A stretch of DNA of 64,000 nt, from positions 86,101,249 to 86,165,248 of the forward strand of contig NC_068985.1 in the NCBI RefSeq assembly GCF_001194135.2, read 5' to 3'. How positions within the stretch are numbered: the stretch's first letter is position 1; each line of letters begins with the position of its first letter. The notes under the pieces are model-generated. The model was given only the letters and a program-made list of their open reading frames with translations, made no database searches and had not been told where the DNA came from. This stretch comes from Octopus bimaculoides. Taxonomy: Eukaryota. This document shows, one piece after another, positions 10,726 to 23,407 of the stretch. The translations under genes and the position numbers were made by a program.

Positions 10726-12272
10726 CAGCTACGGCTTTTTCACCACTGAGGTAATATCAGATCAGATCAGGTGAAGGGATGAGGTCAGGTGATAACAGGC
10801 CAGGAGAATCTATTAAATATATGAGAAAGTGGATAAATGGAATCATATTATATATAAATATTCTGGACCAAACATTTTCATGATTTTTGGTTAAAAATGA
10901 AACAATATGGAAAGTCAAGCAGTGCAAAAGTTTGGTTTCAAATAAGAGATATTCTGATTCTTGATGCTTTACATCAAAATCAACAATGCACTTTGTTGCC
11001 ATCATTTGGTTTCTTTTTCGAATAATAACCAAAAATATTCTCCTGAAGTTTCCCATATATATTTTATTTATTTACTTATCTTTTTGTTACACTTTGTTAT
11101 TGAAGTTGACTTCTTTTCTTTCATTTTTGTCAAAAAGAAATCTTCCATTAGGATTCAGGATGATGAAATAAAGAAAGGTGAACCGTGCAGTCTTTTAATT
11201 GTCAGTTTATACTTTATAGAGATTCCATTATTCCATTATTATTATTATTAGTTTCTTTATTTAAAACAACAACAACAAAATAAGAGAAACAGAATAAAAG
11301 AAATGATTAATTGTTAGAAGAGATGATAATTGTTAAGAAGAAAGATTCCTTTTCATTGCTGTCTTTTTTTTATTCTTGTTTTTTTCTAATTTTTTTGCTT
11401 GTTTTGGTGTGGATGGCATCGTTGGAAAGGGGTATGGGTGGGTGATATTGCATCATTCTTGTTTTTTTAGTTCTTTTTATTTTTTTCATTCTTCCCATAG
11501 AAAATAGATTGTCAAAAATGTTTGAAATAATGAAAAAAATAAGGAAAAGAAACTGAAATAACAGCAGCAAAAGGAATCTCATTGTTGTAGTTTATATTCA
11601 TGTTAAGGGAGAATTTCTATACTTTTTATATTGCCTTTTCCAGTCTCCCGTACTTTTACACACACACACACACTGACACATGCACAAAACTCATAAATAC
11701 GTATATATATTTATATATATACATACATATACATATACATATATATATACATATACATACATANNNNNNNNNNNNNNNNNNNNNNNNNNNNNNNNNNNNN
11801 NNNNNNNNNNNNNNNNNNNNNNNNNNNNNNNNNNNNNNNNNNNNNNNNNNNNNNNNNNNNNNNNNNNNNNNNNNNNNNNNNNNNNNNNNNNNNNNNNNNN
11901 NNNNNNNNNNNNNNNNNNNNNNNNNNNNNNNNNNNNNNNNNNNNNNNNNNNNNNNNNNNNNNNNNNNNNNNNNNNNNNNNNNNNNNNNNNNNNNNNNNNN
12001 NNNNNNNNNNNNNNNNNNNNNNNNNNNNNNNNNNNNNNNNNNNNNNNNNNNNNNNNNNNNNNNNNNNNNNNNNNNNNNNNNNNNNNNNNNNNNNNNNNNN
12101 NNNNNNNNNNNNNNNNNNNNNNNNNNNNNNNNNNNNNNNNNNNNNNNNNNNNNNNNNNNNNNNNNNNNNNNNNNNNNNNNNNNNNNNNNNNNNNNNNNNN
12201 NNNNNNNNNNNNNNNNNNNATATATGTATGTATATATACACACATACATACATACATATGTGTATGTGTGTG

Positions 12273-12572
12273 AAGACACATGGCTTAGCGGTATTTGGCT
12301 CATGATCGTAGGGTCATGAGTTCGATTCCCAGTGACACGTTGTGTCCTTGAGCAAGACACTTCATTTGACTTTATTGCTCCAGTCCATTCTCGCTGGCAA
12401 AATTGAGTTGTACCTGTATTTGAAGGGGCCAGTCTTGTCACATGCTGAGAAGTAAGTGAAGGAGTATGCATGTCTGTGAATTGCTCAGCCACTAACACTT
12501 TAATCTCACAAGCTAGCTGTTCCATTGATTGGATCAGCTGCAACCCTTGTCATCATAAGTGACTGAGTGCCA
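12273..12572 (+). mobile_element. tRNA-derived SINE family A (CORE-like body)
   Basis: B-box GAGTTCGATTCC, GTGTCCTTGAGCAAGACAC body, family-A tail, followed by (TA)n. Confidence 0.85.
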
Positions 12573-12761
12573 GTATATATATATATATATATATATATGA
12601 ATATATATTGTTATATTTTGAGATTGTCATTTTCTTCTTGTTTTTGTCAAAGAAATAAATAACTAAATAAAAAAGTGACCATCCCGAAATATAACAAAAT
12701 CTGGTTCAACATCATCATCATCATTGTTTAAAATCTGGTTCTTGCAGAAGAAATTCATAAG

Positions 12762-12793
<32 letters not shown>

Positions 12794-12809
12794 CCTTTTA
12801 CCTTAATTC

Positions 12810-13192
12810 TTTTACTTGCTTCAGTCATTTTGACTGTGTCCATGCTGGAGCACTGCCTTAAAAGGTTTTGTTTTTTTAGTCAGACAAATCAACCCCAGGA
12901 CTTATTTCTTAAACCTGCTACTTATTCTATCAGTCTCTTTGGCTGAACCACTAAGTTACAGGGCCATAAACACACCAGGACCAGTTGTCAAACACAGACA
13001 AACACAGGCACAAAGATACACACATAGATTTATACATGCATATGACAAAATTCTTTCAGATTCTGTCTCCCAACTTAGCCACAAAGCTTTGGTTGGCCCA
13101 GGGCTATTGTAGAAAACACTTGCCCAAGGTGCCACACAGTGGGACTGAACTTGGAACCATGTGGCTAGGAAGCTTTACCACAGCCACACCTG

Positions 13193-13194
<2 letters not shown>
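12810..13194 (-). mobile_element. Full-length SINE family B
   Basis: Reverse complement of the 23212-23634 layout: head, CA/TA-rich spacer, tail. Confidence 0.85.
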
Positions 13195-13276
<82 letters not shown>

Positions 13277-13547
13277 AAAAGTTAGACAGAGAAGGGAAAA
13301 ATAGATGAAAATTGAGCAAAAACATAATGGACAGAAAAGGAAGACAAAAACAGAATACAAGGAACATTTGCAACTGACTTTATGTGACTTTGTGAATTTC
13401 TACAACTCTTTGTGTTTTCATCCAAAATGGAGATGAACACCATCCCTCCATGTGACTGGCTTGAAAATGTGTTAAGATATTAGTATATTTTTTTGTTAAG
13501 ATGAAACCAATGCTGGCTTTAATACATAAATAAATACATATACATAT

Positions 13548-13588
<41 letters not shown>

Positions 13589-14194
13589 CACACTCATACA
13601 TATACACACACACATATATATACATATACATCACCACCACCACCACCACCACCATCATCACCATTTAGTGCCCAACTCCCATCCCAACATAAAAGATGGA
13701 CATTAAATGATGTTGTGCATATGTGTGTGTATATATATATGCATATAAATANNNNNNNNNNNNNNNNNNNNNNNNNNNNNNNNNNNNNNNNNNNNNNNNN
13801 NNNNNNNNNNNNNNNNNNNNNNNNNNNNNNNNNNNNNNNNNNNNNNNNNNNNNNNNNNNNNNNNNNNNNNNNNNNNNNNNNNNNNNNNNNNNNNNNNNNN
13901 NNNNNNNNNNNNNNNNNNNNNNNNNNNNNNNNNNNNNNNNNNNNNNNNNNNNNNNNNNNNNNNNNNNNNNNNNNNNNNNNNNNNNNNNNNNNNNNNNNNN
14001 NNNNNNNNNNNNNNNNNNNNNNNNNNNNNNNNNNNNNNNNNNNNNNNNNNNNNNNNNNNNNNNNNNNNNNNNNNNNNNNNNNNNNNNNNNNNNNNNNNNN
14101 NNNNNNNNNNNTATTAACCCCAAGAAAAATAAAAATATTTGTATAATTAAAACAAAAACTAAAATTGTTTCAAAATCAATGAAACTAAATAAAA

Positions 14195-14197
<3 letters not shown>

Positions 14198-14263
<66 letters not shown>
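14198..14263. repeat. (AAT)n microsatellite
   Basis: Directly visible. Confidence 0.95.
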
Positions 14264-14398
14264 CATAGCAAAAAATGTATACAATAGCAGTATAGCAAAG
14301 TCATTGAAAGGGGTAAATTTTAAAGCAGCCTTCCAGCTGTGACCAAATACATTAGCTTAATCAATATGTGTGTGTGTGTGTGTGTGTGCATGTGTGTG

Positions 14399-14451
<53 letters not shown>

Positions 14452-14565
14452 NNNNNNNNNNNNNNNNNNNNNNNNNNNNNNNNNNNNNNNNNNNNNNNNN
14501 NNNNNNNNNNNNNNNNNNNNNNNNNNNNNNNNNNNNNNNNNNNNNNNATATATATATATATACAC

Positions 14566-14605
<40 letters not shown>

Positions 14606-14607
14606 TT

Positions 14608-14660
<53 letters not shown>

Positions 14661-15604
14661 GTACATACTCACACAAACATGCGTATATATCTATTAGTTT
14701 ATTTGTTGATCTCTGTGTCATTGTGTGTGTGTGTGTGTGTGTACATACATGCATTTTTTCCCCTGGTATATAATTACGTTTGGATATTTAAAGTGAAGAG
14801 AAATAATGAAATAAATAGGAAAGTGTTTACATAGTTAAATGTTGTAATTATAGATGAAATTAATTATTTTGATTTGATTTTTCAGTTTAATTAAATCATG
14901 TCTCCCATTTGTGGGGTGGTGCTGATAAAATGCATTCATATTAAACAAATTCAATATTTTTTATTCCATGCTGTTATTAAAATTGTTATGGTAGTAATTC
15001 CAGGACTTGAATTTATACTAATTTTAAATGGTTTCATTTCAATCTTTAACCACTTATATACTCTTTATAAACCACTCTATCAACTCCAGCCCTATGTATC
15101 CTAGAGGAAGGCCTAAATCTCCTCCTTTGAAATTAAACCCACAAGTTTTCTTTACCCTCTCTTATTAACCCCTCACTTTACTTTTATCCTCTCCCCTAAC
15201 TCTGACTGTTTGTTTCTAAACAGGCACCCAAAACCAACATAAAAATCTATTTTGCTTCCACTTATCTTACTTTTCAGCACATATTACAGTATTATACTCT
15301 GCAAAGATTGCATAAACACATACATATATATTGTATATATATATATATATATATAATTTTAAAATGAATGAATGACATAATTTCTTGAAGACACAGGTTT
15401 CAGCTGTGTATATATCAGATAGAAGACAGTGGAGTACAGTAAATATGATTTGTTCTAAATCGTTTATATTGTGAAGTTAAAGTTGTCAATACTTATTGAG
15501 TTATGAAACACAAGATCTGATTCCAGTTGAATCAAATACATAAGTTAATCTCATTATAAAGAACTGGTGAAATGTTTTTGATTGGGCAAGGATGGTCAAC
15601 AAGG

Positions 15605-15750
15605 CTTAAGAAGTTCATTTTGAAATCATAAGGTGCTGGGTTCAATCCTGCTGTGTGGTAGCTTCAACAAGTGTCTTTCTCCCCAGCTTTAGGCTGATCC
15701 AAGCCTTGTAAGTGAAATTGGAGAGATGGAAATGGTGTGGAAGCACGTAG
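15605..15750 (+). mobile_element. SINE family B head, degenerate
   Basis: GGGTTCAATCC B-box and CAAGCCTTGTAAGTGAAATTGG. Confidence 0.6.
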
Positions 15751-16559
15751 CAGCTACATCACAAGAAGGATATGATGGGTATGGCTGGAATAACCTAGAT
15801 CACAGATTTACTCAGGCAGGGCTAACCTTGGGCTAAACAACAAGTTGTTTAAGGTAATCTACAAACACTAAACCCCTAACAACTGATAATTAATTAAGCT
15901 GAAAATATGATTGGTAATTTGAATATAATTAACTATTGATACACTAAGTAGTTTGTTATTGAACCATAGAACGAATCTCTTGTAGCAGTACAAGTTTTAG
16001 CCAACACTAATTGACACAAGGTTTAATTGGATACACAAGGTAAAAACATACTGCTTAGCATATCAATAATTAATTGATTGATTAAACTAGTTGCCAACAC
16101 TACGCTATTTATGCAAATTGGGTTTTCCGGTTTAGTATCGTATTTAATTGTAGCGATTGTTTTCATATTATATATGTATGGATGTCCCAGCATGTCCACA
16201 GTCCAAAGATTGAAACAAGTATTAAAGAAACAAGTTTGTATGTATAGTGTCCCCCTAGGCAGACAACAGGTAAGTTCTTAGTTCCTGCTGAGTAGTATCC
16301 CAAATAAGACCACAACAATTTGGACTGATTTCTCCTTTTCTAACCATGGACAGATTGTAAAGGCATCATTTGTTTACCTGAAACTAACATATCTCAATTA
16401 CACACAAAATATTGGATAAATCTCAGACTTCTGCAATGGATTTACGGGAAATGTGAGACCAAGCGGTTAGAGTGCAGTGCTTACAATTGTAAGTTTGTGT
16501 GTCTGGTTCCTGAAGTGAATCATGTGTTGTTTCTTTAAGCAAAACATTTCATTTGTCAT

Positions 16560-16895
16560 TGATTCAGTCAACTCAGGTGGCAGGTGAAAATACATTTGAG
16601 CGAGGTCGTTGCCAGTGCTGCTGGACTGGCTCCTGTGCAGGTGGCATGTAAAATACACCATTTTGAGCATGGCCGTTGCCAGTACTGCCTGACTGGCCAA
16701 CGTGCTGGTGGCACGTAAAAGCACCAACTACACTCTCGGTGTGGTTGGTGTTAGGAAGTGCATCCAGCTGTAGAAACTCTGCCAAATCAGATTGGAGCCT
16801 GGTGTAGCCATCCAGTTCACCAGTCTCCAGTCAAATTGTCCAACCCATGCTAGCATGGAAGGCGGATGTTAAACAATGATGATGATGATGATATA
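16560..16895 (+). mobile_element. RTE LINE 3' end with an internal tandem duplication
   Basis: Two GTTGCCAGT...GGTGGCA(T/C)GTAAAA units, then TTAGGAAGTGCATCCAGCTGTAGAAACTCTGCC and a (GAT)n tail into (TA)n. Confidence 0.9.
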
Positions 16896-17499
16896 TATAN
16901 NNNNNNNNNNNNNNNNNNNNNNNNNNNNNNNNNNNNNNNNNNNNNNNNNNNNATATATATATCATACACACATACAAAATTAAAAAAGATAAAAATTTTA
17001 ATTTCAGTTTTGTTAATTTATTTCTTTTTAATATTTGTTATTAATTTTACTGAAACTGTTTGATAAAGTCCATAATGTCACAGTTATAAACAAAATTAAA
17101 TTAAAACCCAAACAGAATAAAGTCTAAACAAACAATAAAAATTAAAGAAATGCAAACAACTACAGAGGAAAACTCTGTGACTGTGACAAATTGTTGTTGT
17201 TGTTGTTAAGCTGTTTAGCCCTAGGACAACGTGGTTGAGTAGACTATGATCAAAGGTACTGTAATTATATCTTGCTTTTTTTTTTCAGGCATTGTATATC
17301 TGAAACTAAATTATCAAATATGTCCATCCCTTTTATTGTACAGTAGGTTGTGAGATGAGGAAGATTTAACTGTTGTTTGTAGCACAATAAAACACCAGGT
17401 AGAAAAAAACCCAACAAAGATGGAAAAAAACAGAAAACCCCACAGGAAACTGTAAACTTAGGGAACATGTAATAAAAGTGACTCACAAGAAGATTAGAA

Positions 17500-17690
17500 A
17501 TGGCACATTGCGTTCCAGTATGCAAAGCATTGGAACTGGTAGCACTTGCAGCTGCAAGTTGCTTGCCAAAAATCTATGATGACATCAGTTAATGTTGGTC
17601 CATTGCAATTTTGTGCACCAATTCCTACATCTAAAACAGTATAATGAATGTAGTGAAGACAGTGGAAAATTTTACACACAACATTGCTGC
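17500..17690 (+). mobile_element. hAT transposase fragment, duplicate of 20179-20240
   Basis: VHQFLHLKQYNECSEDSGKF here versus LHQFLHLKEYNECSGDSANF at 20179; near-identical DNA. Confidence 0.5.
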
Positions 17691-18189
17691 AGTATGGCAG
17701 GCCTAGGCCTCATTCCTTCATTGATGACCAAAGCACTTTTGCAGGCTTGTGCTGAGGTTTTCTGAAAGTTAAGCCTTATTTTTACTTTATCCATCACATT
17801 GCAAAAAAAGAGCCGGAAACCTGGATTTTATTTATAGCAGACATTTTGAAAAAAAACTCTTCTGTTTTGTGAGTGACTCTGACTTCCAGCAAAAATATCG
17901 GCATTTTGTGTCTGCTTTCTATGTTGGCATAAGTTGGACAATTTGAGAGGCTCTTCTGGGTGGGAGGATCATATTTTACTCCAGTGATTCAGTTTTGGAT
18001 GCCCTTCCTAGCATTAATCACTTTACAAAGTGTATTGAGTGCAATTTTTCAGGGTACCATCACTATAGAAGTTACCCAGCCCTCCTCAACAAGACTAATC
18101 TAACCACACAAATCCTGTGTTGTCTTTGTTCAATTCACTAATATAAAAATAATCCTTTAAAATTAACACAAGTGGCATCAATTTCCAAC

Positions 18190-18430
18190 TCACAAGACAA
18201 AAGGACCACACTGCCGAAAGTAAGAATATGGGGCAAAGTGATGAGTTTGGGTGAGCTGTTGAGAGAAGTTACAATATGATGGAAGGGAGAGATTTACAAT
18301 TGTGAGAGAGTGCGGAGGTGGGGAGAGTAATACATGGTGAAGGAAAAGGTAAAAAATGACAAAATTTAGATGTTGATGGAAGTTGTCCAAGTTTGGTGAT
18401 GGAAGAAGTATTTCATAGAATTGATTTAGT
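18190..18430 (-). mobile_element. Possible Penelope-like RT remnant
   Basis: LNQF...NFHQHLNF...PYSYF loosely resembles PLE RT (NFHPxLKF...IPYSQF). Shares ACAATTGTAAATC with 31540-31570. Confidence 0.3.
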
Positions 18431-18469
18431 TGGGCAAAAAAAAAAAAAAAAAAAAAATATATATAATGG

Positions 18470-18790
18470 AAGTCTTTCTGTGATGGTGAAGAAATTTTGT
18501 TTGATCTTGTCTTTAAATAAATGCAACAGTCTTGGTGATAAAAATACTGAGAAAAAAACAGATTGAAAAAATGCAGAGCAAATTGTTCTGTGAAAACAGC
18601 TGAGATACACCAAAACAACCCTTTCATGATGCATTTGAACAACTGAAAGGATTTTTCCATGCTTGTACAACTTCGGATGAATCTACTGATATATGTGATA
18701 GTGTCTAGTTATATGGTTTTGTAAGAAGAATTGATGATAATTTGAGCATCTTTGAAAAGCTTTCTGTTCTTGAGTTGCTTTAATGAAGGA
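18470..18790 (+). mobile_element. hAT (SPIN/GTF2IRD2-like) transposase, first catalytic-Asp region
   Basis: KSFCDGE and SDESTDICDSV*LYGFVRRIDDNLSIFEKL (DESTD at 18676-18690) match the family motifs KPFSDGE and DESTDxxDxAQLxxFxRxxDxxxxxxEEL. Confidence 0.75.
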
Positions 18791-19082
18791 AAAGTAAATC
18801 TGACAAAGATATTCTTGGAAAATCTAGAAATGCATTTTAGGGAATCCATCAGTATTCTTCGGGCAGACAAAATTCAGTCAATGATCAGGAATTGGGACTA
18901 TGACTTTCCTTGCGACTTAGAGCTTTTAGATTCTTCTCTGCTAAAATGTCTCTCTATCATACATCCAGTATCATTCTAAATAGATTGTTCTTTACTAAAA
19001 TATCACTAAATTATGCCTCAAGAATTACTGAATGAAGAAATTTAAAAACTGCAACACGTTTATGGTAGTTGTTAACTGGTTT

Positions 19083-19295
19083 ATCCCTGTAGCATTTAAA
19101 CCAAGCATATGTGGCTCAAACCAGCCAGATTAGACTTCTCAGATCTATCCAACAATGTCGTTCTAAAAATAAACAATCATGTCATTGGAGAGCTGAACCC
19201 TAACCCTTGATTAAAATAAAACAATGCAAATAAATAAGCATTGCACTTGACAGAGTAATCTGGATGATTAATAAAGAGTTAATAAATTTAGAAAA
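19083..19295. mobile_element. TTAA-flanked (piggyBac-type) MITE, degenerate
   Basis: Left end TTATCCCTGTAGCATT, right end ...GACAGAGTAATCTGGATG...AAAGAGTTAA. The TIR match is imperfect and the family is recognised from memory. Confidence 0.45.
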
Positions 19296-20039
19296 AAAGA
19301 ACACAGAACAGACAAAAGTTTTGAAAATACTATTGAATATTTGATTTTGAGCAGGGTTTATGGACTTCTAGGGGTGAACGTTAGCAGGTGTAAGTAATAG
19401 ATTAGGAAGCCACAGGATGGGAAATTAATTTTCTAGCTAAAATATCCCAAGCTTTGTGCAGTTGTTGAGCCAATTGTTCTACCTTTCCCAAGTTTGCATA
19501 TGGTTCTATTTTGGTTTAGTCATGTGTATTATTTACTAGACACTTTGATCACAGCTCAAACTCAGATTCGGAACCTGATGCTTGTGACCTTCTCCACTGC
19601 CCACCAAACCCATCCTTTCCATTCAATTCATAAGTCAAGCATTAAAGGTGCATTTTTTCACTTAAATCCTTTCATACATTCATTAATTAGTTAGATTTTG
19701 TGATTGAATACTCAATTACTCAATTAATTTGTTTGGTGATAAATGGAAATTAAATTTTCTTAGTGTGTGTGTGTGTGTGTGGAGAGTATTAAGTAAAAAG
19801 CTTGAAAAGCTTTGATTTAGAATATATTGATCTTGTTCCCCATTGTGATGTGTGATGGCTTTTTAAAGTTAGGTTCTTGATTGAATTTGGAAACCGAAAA
19901 CCACTCTTTATAATTTGCCAGAAGAGAAAAACACTCTCCGAATGAAATCTGTCTTTTATACATAACAATCGTAGATTCTAGTTAGTATATCTGTAGTTGA
20001 TGTAACAGATTACCAGAGTGATTAAAATATGTAAGTGCA

Positions 20040-20095
20040 TCATCGTCATCATCATTTAACGTCCGTTTTCCATGCTGGCATGGGTTGGGCTGCAG
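20040..20095 (-). mobile_element. Very short (about 55 bp) RTE 3' end
   Basis: CATCATCATTTAACGTCCGTTTTCCATGCTGGCATGGGTTGG is nearly identical to 25463-25520. Confidence 0.8.
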
Positions 20096-20109
20096 GGCAA
20101 GAACTAATT

Positions 20110-20340
20110 GTTTTCTACCTTAGCGACTAATATTTATACATTCAAAAGGAAATTAAAACTGCTCGGAAAATGAAGATTTGCACCAATTCCTACATCTAAA
20201 AGAGTATAATGAATGTAGTGGAGACAGTGCAAACTTTACAAAATATCTTGAAAAATAAATCAGGTTTATTGCAAGAGTTATTTGAAAATCGATTTCTGTC
20301 ATTTTGCTAAAAAAGAAAACTATTCATTCTCTTGATCATT
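20110..20340 (+). mobile_element. hAT transposase fragment (middle to C-terminal)
   Basis: Across frameshifts reads LATNIYTFKRKLKLL / EDLHQFLHLKE / LFENRF, matching the AFKxKLxLW, HFPxL and EFxxRF motifs. Confidence 0.65.
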
Positions 20341-20700
20341 TGCTTTGCATACATTTTTTTAATGTTAGCATGGGTTAGATGAATATATTAATGAAGCATT
20401 GTTTTTAAAGCCAGGTGCCCTTCCTATCAATGACTTTACCTGTCTTTTAAGTAAAGAATCTTTTTTATGTCATCAAAGAAGCAAAGTGTTAACAGGAGAA
20501 GTAACTGCTGCAACATGGGCTTGTAGTGTGCAGAGTCATGTCGAGACACACTGGCACACATTCGCATACGATGTTTCTAGTTATTTAATTCACTCACAAG
20601 GCTTTGGCCCGAGACTCAGCCAAAGTACTGTGCAATAGGACTGAACCTGAAGTCACATTGTTAGGAAGCAAACTTCTTAACCACATGACCAGGCTTGCAC
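20340..20700 (-). mobile_element. RTE-variant tail plus SINE-B head inserted into the hAT remnant
   Basis: AGCATGGGTTAGATG...TGCCCTTCCT (RTE variant), then CACTCACAAGGCTTTGG...GGACTGAACCTG...AAACTTCTTAACCAC (inverted B head). Confidence 0.7.
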
Positions 20701-20704
20701 TAAG

Positions 20705-21150
20705 TCTACTCAAATTTATAAATCCATTTTCACTTTGTGAACAAAGACAAAATCTAAAAAGAAAACATAAAATGTCTGATAATTTACAAATGGAAACTTA
20801 TTGACTTGAAAACACATAATTGAAAATGAAATTTAATGAGTTTCCCTCACTTCCAAATACTGTTTTGACATGATTAATTTCCGTTGATCATTAACCTGCG
20901 AACATTTTGCAGAACTAAGAGATTTGTCCAGAGTTACATCTGTTATTTTGGAACAATGTACAGATGGGAACAAACAGTTTCCTTCATAAAAAACAAAACA
21001 GAAAACTAACAAAAGCCAAAAAAAAAATGAAACAAAGTCATGATTGATTGATTCAAATTTGAAGAATTCTCTGCTGCTCTTGTATCTAATTTAACTCCAG
21101 ATATTAAACAATTTGGTCAAATCAAAAGACAGACTCAAAAACAGATGCAT
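20705..21150 (+). mobile_element. hAT transposase C-terminal dimerisation domain remnant
   Basis: FINPFS, DNLQME-LIDL, FGTMYRWEQTVSFIK, LIDSNL and SNLTPDIKQ match SPIN-family NPF, LQMELIEL, FGSTYxCEQxFSxMK, LTDxHL and PDI. Confidence 0.8.
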
Positions 21151-22363
21151 TAAATGAGGACATTTTTAGATTGTAATTTTTTAAAGTTGCTTTTTATCAT
21201 GTAAAAATGGTTAATATATCTATATTAATAGATAAAGAGTTGGGCAAAGAAGTCTGGCTCCGAAGCTGCTTAAAGAAGCCTTGTGATGGCTATGAAAGCT
21301 GAAACTTGATTGACCCCCCAGCTGGGTCAAATGGTTGAAGGGGGGAAATTCAGGGCCAAAACACTTGTTGGAGTGGAGTTTTCTCCTCTGAAAACCTGTT
21401 GTTCAGTTCTCCTCAGAATTTCATATGGCTAATAATACATCTCAGAGCATCTGTGGGATCTATCTTGGACCAGAAGAATATGCAAAAATTCAAAAGAGTA
21501 TAACATTTGCATGGTACTGAACTCATGTTTGACCAAATCTGTGTATGGAATGTCAACCTGGGGTCACTCCTGATGCAGACGTTTTCTGGCTGGTTTCACA
21601 ATAATTTTGTTATTTAGAAGTGGATCTTACTCTTTCGCTCTTTCTTTTCCTTTCCAAAAGAACTATTGATATTCCAGCTATGACCATCATCATTTTGTGT
21701 GTATGAATTGCAGTTCTACATCATGATAGGCATACTTCTTTTATTTAAGGGATTTGAGGGATGTTAGCTGCTCGTTTTAGCAGGGTTGGTGACCTTATAG
21801 CAGTTCTCTGATACAAAGATGACATCTATAAATAACAGGTCCCTGCCATTACTAAATAACAAAGCAAAAAATATTGTTGTTTTCCATATATGGCAGTAAG
21901 ACTTGTGGAATAATCCCAACAATGTCTAAATTAAAATAGCCATTGTCTATCAATGGTAGTTTATTAGTTTCATTAACGATGCAAATTATGAGTTCCTAAT
22001 TATTCATCACAATTTTGAATATTTTTCTTTATTTGTAAAGAAAATTTAGTAATTTAACAAGAAATTTATAGAATACTATTTTCCCAAACATGGCTGTGCT
22101 TAAAAGAAAACAAACAAAAATTCCAATCAAATAAAAAAAAAATAAGGCAAGAAATTCAATATGGAGTTGAGATTTCTGTAAAATGCCACACAAGTATATA
22201 CAGACTACCGCAAATGCCTTCATACATGTACATTTGTAAATGTACACATATATATATGTGTGTGTGTGTACAGATACTCACATACACACATCTTTAGAAA
22301 ATGTTTGACTTGTTCATTCCCTCAAGGAAAACAATAGCTCTTAATATGCTCTTGGTTGGAATT

Positions 22364-22365
<2 letters not shown>

Positions 22366-22420
<55 letters not shown>

Positions 22421-22452
22421 NNNNNNNNNNNNNNNNNNNNNNNNNNNNNNNN

Positions 22453-22508
<56 letters not shown>
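22366..22508. repeat. (GA)n microsatellite with a gap
   Basis: Directly visible. Confidence 0.95.
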
Positions 22509-22513
<5 letters not shown>

Positions 22514-22991
22514 GTATTTTATTTGTTGAAACAGCTGAAATGAGGTTGCCATTTACAAAGATGAAGAAGTGTACATTCTTCAGCCAATTTATATTTTATT
22601 GATTCCAATAAATGTCGCTTATCTTGAACATTTCAAAGAAACATGTCAAACCTCAGGTCCCAGTTGACTGAATTAATAGCAGGTGGAGTGAAGTCGGATA
22701 AAAACAGTGCACCACAAAAATAATGTTTGGAGCTGTCAACATAAAGTCTCTTTTCGTTCTTTTGGGGGTAATGTATAAAAATTATTATTACTAGTTGCTT
22801 TGAATGAAGATTTGGGTGTTGTAGCATCTCAAGAAATTTGTGTGAAAATTTAACATCATGCTTACATATTTATTCAACAGCTTTTACATTCAGCTTGCAA
22901 CAAATGTGTTTGTATGTCGTTTTTTTATGTACAAGGATTTTCTTGTATATGTGTATGCATGTGTATATATATATTTATATATATATATATA

Positions 22992-23190
22992 GTGAGGACA
23001 CATGTCCTAATGGTTAAAATGTTGCACTCACGGTTGGGAAATTGAGGTTTCAATTCCTAGACCAGATGGTGCATTGTGTTTTTGAGTAAAACACTTCATC
23101 TCATGCCGTTCTGTGATCTCGTCAACACCTGACGTGTGGAACACTATGCACCTGTACAGGTAACGTTGATTTGATGATGGGAGTGAGCAC
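22992..23190 (+). mobile_element. tRNA-derived SINE, third body type
   Basis: The head resembles 7549 and 12273 (ATGTCCTAATGGTTAA...GGTTTCAATTCC...TTTGAGTAAAACACTTCAT), but the 3' body differs. Confidence 0.6.
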
Positions 23191-23211
23191 ATACATTTAA
23201 TTACTATAAAC

Positions 23212-23376
23212 AGCGTAGGAGTGGCTGTGTGGTAAGTAGCTTGCTTAGGAACCATGTAGTTCCAGGTTCAGTCCCATTGCGTGGCACCTTGGGCAAGTGT
23301 CTTCTACAATAGCCTCAGACCAACCAAAGCCTTGTGAGTGGATTTGGTAGACGGAAACTGAAAGAAGCCCGTCGTA

Positions 23377-23407
<31 letters not shown>

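Noticed and set aside
11600-12543. Longest ORFs in the track (up to 295 aa); similar cases at 3949-4708, 13665-14202 and 47029-47723
   Set aside because: They consist of N-gaps and dinucleotide repeats (poly-YI, HT, CV) plus antisense SINE sequence, so they are not genes.
16111-16118. POU octamer ATGCAAAT
   Set aside because: It occurs several times in the window (about 7208, 19226, 21981), as expected for AT-rich DNA.
16605-16715. Repeat-spacer-like pattern suggestive of CRISPR
   Set aside because: Only two degenerate units inside an RTE 3' UTR, in eukaryotic sequence with no cas genes.
19195-19206. Telomere-like AACCCT dimer
   Set aside because: Only two units, and they lie inside a MITE.
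23212-23280. tRNA-like A/B boxes (also at 7549, 12273 and 51640)
   Set aside because: There is no cloverleaf, and each continues into repeated SINE bodies, so these are SINE heads rather than tRNA genes.
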